DNA of 63,048 nucleotides, counting the filler, from Candidatus Aminicenantales bacterium (lineage in GTDB: Bacteria; Acidobacteriota; Aminicenantia; Aminicenantales; Saccharicenantaceae): NCBI GenBank assembly GCA_049512315.1. It is 3 parts of 3 records of this genome, joined end to end, with 100 filler letters (N's around TTAATTAATTAA, not from the genome) between each part and the next. Parts side by side here need not be neighbours in the genome. Positions count along the whole stretch, not along the records: positions 41,820 to 63,048 come from JBEKXF010000040.1; 2 more parts are not named here. One strand, 5' to 3'. Below are positions 58,601-63,048 of the stretch, one piece after another (within the stretch, counting starts at the first letter, position 1; each line of letters begins with the position of its first letter). Below the pieces are notes generated by a model that was given only the letters and a program-made list of their open reading frames with translations, was not told the DNA's origin and ran no database searches. A program made the translations under genes and the position numbers.

Positions 58601-60614
58601 GTGCTTTACTGATAAGTCCGGCACTGGCGCCGCTCATGAATTGCCCGCGTTCCATGCAGGTCCGTTCAGACAGAGGCTTGCCTTGCTTGTCCATACCTCG
58701 GGCGGCAACGAAGAGACTTCCCGCCGTCATCTCCTCCATCTTCGTCCGGAAGGAGGTCTCATCCTGGTGACCCGCCGCAAATTTTCTCTCCAGAGATAAT
58801 ACAGCGGCTATCCTCAGTGTCCTCAAAGACCGCACCCGGAGTCCGGTGCTTCGACCGGTAACGACGGTCCCCCCCGGAGACGATTCCAGAACCATCTGCT
58901 GGTAGAGCGCCGTCAGAGCGCCCGTTTCAACGATCTCCTGTGTGGCCAGATAGGCGGTGCCCATCTGGATGGCGTCTGCGCCGAGCATGGCGGCCATGAA
59001 TGCTGTTTCGCGATTGAAGATCCCCCCGGCAAGGACCACGCGACAATTTTGGAACAAGGTTGGCTTTTGCCGTTTGAGGTCCAACACCATTTGGGCAAGG
59101 GTCAGGGTACTATGTTCCCCCACGTGGCCGCCTGCCTCATACCCCTCGCAGACCACGTACCGCACGCCCGCTTCCAGCGCGAGCTTCAGCAGGGCCTCAT
59201 CTGGGGCGATATAAGCCACCTCGATGCCATCTTCCAGCAATTCTCTTATGGGAGAGATGTCCCCTCCGGCGATCCAGACAAAACGGGGCTTCGTTTTCTT
59301 TATCCAGTCCAGCTGAGTCTCCCGGAAAGGATTCTCCGCCAAAGAAATGATATTCACGGCATAAGATCGCTCTCCCATAACTTCCGGCAGACGACCCAGT
59401 CTCCGATCTAGAGCCTCCGCATTCATCAGACCAAGGGCGATCGTCGGCAATCCTCCGGCATCAGCAATTCTCGCGGCAAACTCCGGGATATCGGTGATGG
59501 AGGACATGGCGCCCTGGATAAATGGATATTTCGTTCCCAGCTCCTTGGCGGAAGGGCTGTCTAAAAAGCCATCTTTTTTCACCTCAGCCGAGCGGCATAC
59601 GTTTCGAATCTCTTCGATGAAGGCGTTCACGGCCTTTTCAGTTCCGGCCCCGAAACGCTCAGCAAACGACGCCGCAAAGGCCGCTTCAACCCCCAGAGGG
59701 ATGACCTCATCTTTGGTGAACTGGCTCTCCAGAGGTTGTCGGGACAGGGAATTCACGTGGTCGACGAAGCGGCGTCGGCTTTCCTCCGTAATATCTGTTT
59801 TGCACAGCGAGTCCTCGAACGTTTTGATCTCCTGGAACGCCACCGAGTTTCCCTTATTGAAAAGTCGACAAGGAACCTGAATGTCTAAGCCAACCAATGA
59901 GGTCGAATCCGTGCGGATTTTGGCGAGTTGCTGGCGTTGGGGGTTATCAATGGCCACAAGGTCCGTCAGCCAATGGACGCTCTCGAAGACGATCCCTGCT
60001 GCTCCTGTGGACAAAAATGCCGCTGCTGCCTCAGGCGTCCACACGCCGCCCCAGATGAGGATGTCCGGAAATCTCGCGGAATCGCGCACCATTTCCTTGG
60101 CTGCCGAGTAGAGAAGTCCGATTGTTTCACCGCTCACGAATCCAGAGGCCTCGCATCCTTTCAGGACGATGCGTCCAATTCCCGAACTATCCTTCAAAAT
60201 CGCTGCCAGGATATCCAAGTCTCCAACGATCGGAAAACAACGGGTGTTTTCCGACAATTCTCTCAATCTCTGGAGAAGGCCGGACGTATCCCCCCGGAAA
60301 GACTGGGGGTGGCATTCGACCCATATGTTCTGGACCCCTATTTCCTTTAGTAACCGTCCCAAAGATGGATCCATGAAGGTGACAGCAGAGATCTTGATAT
60401 CGGTAACGCGACAAGCAGGGGCCGCCTTTCGTAAGAAAGAAGGCAGGGCTTGCGTCTCCATCGTTGAAAAATCGAAGATCGCACGGCTCCCCGTTCGATG
60501 AGCCATTTGGGTTACCGGTGGGATGATCTCCTCAGGCCGCCAGACGAAAGCGATGATGGGACCGCGAGACTCAGCCACCATGTCCCGACCTCTGTTTCGA
60601 CTCTGTGCGTTCAC
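52611..60614 (-). CDS. Iterative type I PKS/FAS: FMN enoyl reductase-like (x2)-KS-AT-ACP-ACP-KR-DH
   Basis: KGCEASG, QGAM, EGYEAGGH and QMGT (NMO/FabK-like); KS AACASS, ECHATST, IGHTLG; AT GHSLG, AFHS; two ACPs; KR SGGASGI, YAAAN; DH WIADH and EALMQ. Confidence 0.92.
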   Translation of the reverse strand: MNAQSRNRGRDMVAESRGPIIAFVWRPEEIIPPVTQMAHRTGSRAIFDFSTMETQALPSFLRKAAPACRVTDIKISAVTFMDPSLGRLLKEIGVQNIWVECHPQSFRGDTSGLLQRLRELSENTRCFPIVGDLDILAAILKDSSGIGRIVLKGCEASGFVSGETIGLLYSAAKEMVRDSARFPDILIWGGVWTPEAAAAFLSTGAAGIVFESVHWLTDLVAIDNPQRQQLAKIRTDSTSLVGLDIQVPCRLFNKGNSVAFQEIKTFEDSLCKTDITEESRRRFVDHVNSLSRQPLESQFTKDEVIPLGVEAAFAASFAERFGAGTEKAVNAFIEEIRNVCRSAEVKKDGFLDSPSAKELGTKYPFIQGAMSSITDIPEFAARIADAGGLPTIALGLMNAEALDRRLGRLPEVMGERSYAVNIISLAENPFRETQLDWIKKTKPRFVWIAGGDISPIRELLEDGIEVAYIAPDEALLKLALEAGVRYVVCEGYEAGGHVGEHSTLTLAQMVLDLKRQKPTLFQNCRVVLAGGIFNRETAFMAAMLGADAIQMGTAYLATQEIVETGALTALYQQMVLESSPGGTVVTGRSTGLRVRSLRTLRIAAVLSLERKFAAGHQDETSFRTKMEEMTAGSLFVAARGMDKQGKPLSERTCMERGQFMSGASAGLISKAQKLESFHRELAEGALDLHQPFKGTSEEMTSSVSLPITTPSFGVGRADVRKGDHERVAITGMSIVNALGKSPEETWAASLAMKSGITRIPSSWWDQERFYDPRPHIMDKTYCNVAAFIDFHASRGELGIPPHDFRTMTDATRITMWLAENAIRTSGILESGIPPERIGVLISQNSGESAATLTPLIIRENVHNILAAIRQSVPVTPEQEQAIEKELKSRFMAPDDTTLLGRLSCTAAGFICNRHGFMGPSFSVSAACASSLVALHSAIQMIQNGIIDAAVVGGGEEKLTHIHFIEFSALGALYGLSGRERPAHECSRPFDAQRDGMVLGEGGGMIVIERESLARKRGVPVHAIITNMGASNNHLGMVESSSVTQEIAIGNSFRGISYGPDAVDMVECHATSTRQGDVEEVRALKTFFKSSNHTMLTAFKSQIGHTLGASGIISLIRGVTAMKAGVLPPTLNYTHPDPQIGLEGSGLFVAPEPLDWKRRAGQPRRFEVNAFGFGGSNYVVQLEQALNGEDQVLISLGKEAQTEGDHSALQGVSFFRTQVDGGSCRMAIVAESEEEAITAIEKSASLIEAGITAPKTSRSLAQQGIFISPENLPVPPLAFVFPGQGAHYMGMGRELYESFPVIKEWLDRSAALADFDLLRLLFHDREENLQKTRWQQPALFALEHAMAQYLVSLGIHPAGVAGHSLGELTALCLAGVFSMEDGFRIVNMRALCMDKAAAMNIDPGVMAAVDAPIEMLKDMMKGQENIHIGNINSPNQVILSGNTETVKNLGKKLKEMGYRCTLLRVSMAFHSPIMRVIHDELEAYVASIPFHSPKIPVISNTTMAPYPSDSGEIRRILMAHLESTVHWENNVRTLWNDYGIRLFAEVGPGDILSNLITDTLPDSVCIQTCIPPAECITYNTALAQLFVQGHLKVRREPRIVILSAFRKAPASIRNTPDGQALAGLAETSEHQDYLKALIHIIMDATGFNRDEIQPDMDLRRDLSIRSSRLPIIMDAAERHYGITIELEDFIHVRTVRDIARKISEVVARNKGTGLRPATEADHLGSAIPDGQASPALAKTSERQEDLEALIQIIMGATGFNRDEIRPDMDLRRDLSIRSSRLPVIMDAAERHFGITIELEDFIHVRTVRDIALKISEIVARKEGASFRPAAKAAETGLGRDKTLKPLQDEASLKRLLFKNVPMELPVSAPIKLSPGESVLVFSPNRHDEMAKNVGDIFRRDYGVDTIPLLFMQAKGTGQEGHDILTDEGSCQVSQRISSLASLAGMVISLPKGWSRKIKGLADVSRLLRGLFLPLKAFLRSPAKKFVVLIHCRDDAETLGRLLAEGMLGMFLSASQEYSSVQFRTLQIDRAGDLRAALRGALDRGYTAVEMIHCDGRVFTSEGYVAPSIFRNLSSLNLNPGDIVVMSGGASGISAHLARSLAPFRPRIVFLGRTPIGPAIHSAKTAPGPLLSKSNTSGHGTSEMAQTLADLHSSGIEAAYYACDVTDPKAVDAVMGEVAKRYGKIDGIIHGAGVLRDGFLDQMTPDDLSMVADVKFLGARNLFLATEKAGLKFFVGLSSVAAIQGNPGQTNYAAANRMMSAFIRYLGIKHGAVRFKALMLPPVEGAGMAEDPEVREILQRKGVGYIHVNELAGLFCRELFVASADDDWVMFMRRLPALKTARINDTINPLPGGELEGGTVASSCENLPMIEGITSLDMRQGKLEAVRTFSLEKDLWIADHKPFKFVKHPLVSAAMVLETSMEAARVMYPHLQVRGVRQMRFMEMILCPPGIPRPCRISCRRVDALPGEAMCEVTLSAQEMSSTGRLTDRFTPHDMGQVILDGGQGHLGEGFSDFPVRLDELQTPPMDHRKVLQWYADGSGFEGRYRVIDVLDGAGPGVVRGQTTYRQMSDFAHLQNAQYQYSPYLFEALMQLVGFSMAAMAPTQQQAMIPVGVGEMRFLRKCREGEQITVEARMRMEDEKGYVWDARGIDDQGRTIMQVYGLRMQKVSE
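55157..55772 (-). repeat. Tandem duplicated ACP-coding segments (336-bp period)
   Basis: Near-identical DNA; TCCCTCAC occurs at 55192 and 55528. Confidence 0.9.
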
Positions 60615-60623
60615 CTGTTTAGA

Positions 60624-61745
60624 CTATAACGACTTTCTGAAGATGCGATATTTCTTATAGGCCCTTGCGCCGGCTTCCTCTATTAATGAATTGATCGCCT
60701 CGTTATCCTCCAGCGTCCAGCCAAGCTCCGCATAACGATATTTCTTTTTTTCCCTCACGACCTCAACGACGTGGTGGAAGGCTAATAGGGGGATGCCCAT
60801 CTGCCGGTACTTGTCCTTGATCCCGAACATCAGCAATCGTATTCCCTTGATTTCCCGCCGATACAGGAGCGCCTTGAGCAAACCCATCCCGCCGATCCGC
60901 CCGTTGAGACGCTTGAGGAGAGGATTCATGTCGGGAAAGATCACACACACCGCTGCGGGTTCGTTCTCATAATAGATGAAGAAAGCCAGGTCCGTGTCCG
61001 CAAATTGCATAACGTTCCTTTGAATGTCCCGCATCTCATTATCGCTCAACGGGACAAAACCCCAGTTCCCCGACCAGCTGTCATTGTAGATCTCCCTGAT
61101 CAAGGCAAACTCGGCGTCCACATCCTTTCGATTGATGCGTTTGATGTGGATGCCCTTTTTCCGGGCGATACGTCCGGCCAGGCTATCCATCCACTCGGGA
61201 AGATGATAATCGCCCTCTATCAAGAAGGCCAGCAGGTCCTTCTCTTTAGCAAAACCGCACGATTCGACCAACCTTGAGTAGTACGGCGGGTGGTATGGCA
61301 TCTCCACCGCAGGCGGATAATCGAATCCTTCAATGAGCAACCCGAGCTCGTAATTGGTGGACGGGTTGAGAGGGCCTCTGAGGAAGGTCATCCCCTTCTG
61401 GCGTGCCCACGTCTCCACGGAAGAGAAGAGGGCCGCCGCGGCCTCTTGATCATCAGCACATTCGAAAAATCCCCAAATGCCCATCTTTTCACCGTGGAAC
61501 TGGTTATAACGATGGTCTATGATGCCCGCGATTCTTCCCACTTTGTCCGAACCGCGTCGGGCTAGAAAGAGGACGCGCTCGGCAGATTCCCAAAAAGGAT
61601 GCTTGGCGGGGTCCAGCAGCCGGCGAACGTCCTTCTTAAGGGGAGGAACCCATTTGGGGTACGCAGCATAAATCCTCCATGGAAGATCGATGAAGTCCTT
61701 CCATTCCGATTCTCTTTCGACGGTGATGATATTTATGCCGGCCAT
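60624..61745 (-). CDS. YghO-like GNAT acyltransferase (bacterial ceramide synthase-like)
   Basis: FIDLPWRIY...WVPPL, VGRIAGII, WGFFEC, RGPLNPSTN, WSGNWGFVP, ELGWTLEDN. Confidence 0.82.
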   Translation of the reverse strand: MAGINIITVERESEWKDFIDLPWRIYAAYPKWVPPLKKDVRRLLDPAKHPFWESAERVLFLARRGSDKVGRIAGIIDHRYNQFHGEKMGIWGFFECADDQEAAAALFSSVETWARQKGMTFLRGPLNPSTNYELGLLIEGFDYPPAVEMPYHPPYYSRLVESCGFAKEKDLLAFLIEGDYHLPEWMDSLAGRIARKKGIHIKRINRKDVDAEFALIREIYNDSWSGNWGFVPLSDNEMRDIQRNVMQFADTDLAFFIYYENEPAAVCVIFPDMNPLLKRLNGRIGGMGLLKALLYRREIKGIRLLMFGIKDKYRQMGIPLLAFHHVVEVVREKKKYRYAELGWTLEDNEAINSLIEEAGARAYKKYRIFRKSL

Positions 61746-62037
61746 GATCTATATCCTCCGAGAGGTTATCACCAAAACATTAGCTCATGGGAATTTTTTG
61801 CGGCCGTACGGCAGGGGGTACAAAACCCCCGCAACACCGCAGCAACGACCGCTGTCACAAACACCCTGCTCATCGTCCTTTAAGGAAGCCGATAGCCATC
61901 GGTTAACCTGTCCCGCGTCAATATACCACTCCTGAAATGAGATTTTCAAGTTTTGAGGCTGCCCCCTGGTTTGGTCCATCTTTCAGGGATGAGGTCCTCC
62001 CTTCCGAATCCGACCTACGCATCCTGGGCCGCCCTTG

Positions 62038-62340
62038 TCAGACAATCGATCGTTGTCGGTCTTCTTCCAAGAAATAGGCGAACTCCCCTCCCACGACAAG
62101 AATCGTCGACGAATAATAGATCCACAGAACAAAAAGGACCAAGCTATTTAATGAGCCATAAAGATTGGAATAGCGTGCGATATGGACGACATACCAGGTG
62201 AAAAGATGTTTGGTCAGTTCCCAAAGCAGGCCCGTGACGAGAGCCGCCTGAAGGGCGGATTTGACGTGGACCTTCTGATCAGGGATAATTTTGTAAATCA
62301 AAAAAAACATACAAAAGGTGAGGATAAATTGGACAACATA
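62038..62340 (-). pseudogene. C-terminal fragment of a YihY/BrkB-family membrane protein
   Basis: IYKIIP...LWELTK.LF.WY...LYGSL...LWIYYS....GGE; N-terminal part absent. Confidence 0.75.
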
Positions 62341-62459
62341 TGATACGGCTTCAGCGTCCAGGCCGAACCGATCGACTAGGGCGATTACGATCCGCGCTGG
62401 ACCGCGCTGGAAGTTCTTAGAATTGCCTGGAGAACTCAGCCGCTATACTTGCTCCCGAT

Positions 62460-62747
62460 TTATCTCCAAGAGCCGCGCCGGAAGACCCAGTTCCGTCCCC
62501 TCTGTTCCCATCGGCCGGGCACCCAGGCCCTGCCCGCCCTGGCTCTGGTCCAGGATCCTGAATTCCAGGAATAACGTCCCCCCGACCATCCCCAGTAGCC
62601 GCCAATCCAAATGTAGCCGGGTCCCGGGCGGCCGACCATGACTTCTTCCCTTAGCGGGGGAGGGCCGAACGTCGGATAGGCGACCACGCAGTCGGCCACA
62701 AAAACCGAGATAAGTCCCAAAAGAACCAATAAAGCTGCATTTTTCAT
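62460..62747 (-). CDS. YXWGXW/WXXGXW-repeat small lipoprotein
   Basis: GAGGAGG RBS; PPP..E...RPGPGYIWIGGYWGW, WVPGRW, WVFRRGSW. Confidence 0.85.
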   Translation of the reverse strand: MKNAALLVLLGLISVFVADCVVAYPTFGPPPLREEVMVGRPGPGYIWIGGYWGWSGGRYSWNSGSWTRARAGRAWVPGRWEQRGRNWVFRRGSWR

Positions 62748-63048
62748 CTTCCCTCCTCGAACTCGTTTGGTGCTTTGTCCGAAATGGCACCGATCCTAAT
62801 CGATGGAATCATTTCCTCTGCTTCAACTTTAGTCGATTCCGGCCTATTTTTCAATTTAACGCATCGGCATTCAATGATTTGACAAATTACACGCACGGAC
62901 TTGTATAGTTTGAGGGGACCATAATAGCCCTGGAGGTTGCGCCACGCTCGCAGGATAAAATGCTCACCAAAGGGGGTCAGTCAGTAAACCAACTCATAAC
63001 TTTCCTGCGCTACTCCCCCCAGGGCGCAAAACTCAAGGCGCTGGGCGG

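Overview
The window is not one contiguous locus. It is three assembled contigs joined by artificial N-TTAATTAATTAA-N linkers (13100-13199 and 41720-41819). The DNA is GC-rich and bacterial; the gene repertoire resembles Acidobacteriota/Aminicenantia-type genomes, which is inference only. Contig 1 (1-13099) carries amino-acid and housekeeping genes (speE, threonine dehydrogenase-like SDR, hutH with an unusual Ala-Cys-Gly MIO motif, SPFH, HtrA), a vapBC-type TA pair, a nitroreductase, an L,D-transpeptidase and a beta-helix protein with 8 PKD domains. Contig 2 (13200-41719) opens with a tandem array of zinc-ribbon/Hanks-type receptor Ser/Thr kinases. They share a promoter module and are separated by tRNA-Arg 3' fragments and integrase arm-type repeats, and an intact tyrosine integrase follows. 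This is a candidate tRNA-Arg-anchored cassette system for receptor kinases. After it come DPP-IV, a fused serine dehydratase, an OCD-family protein, a decayed IS3, GH27, a GWxTD/TPR pair and a ROK regulator. Contig 3 (41820-63048) has an IS3 end, another tRNA-Arg att-like site, cfa plus an FAD reductase, and a minus-strand operon: YghO/bCerS-like acyltransferase, 2667-aa ER-KS-AT-ACP-ACP-KR-DH synthase, PPTase, PAP2/IPC-synthase-like protein, reductase and CPBP protease. This is a candidate PKS-fed ceramide-like lipid pathway. All family calls come from motif recognition; no database searches were run.
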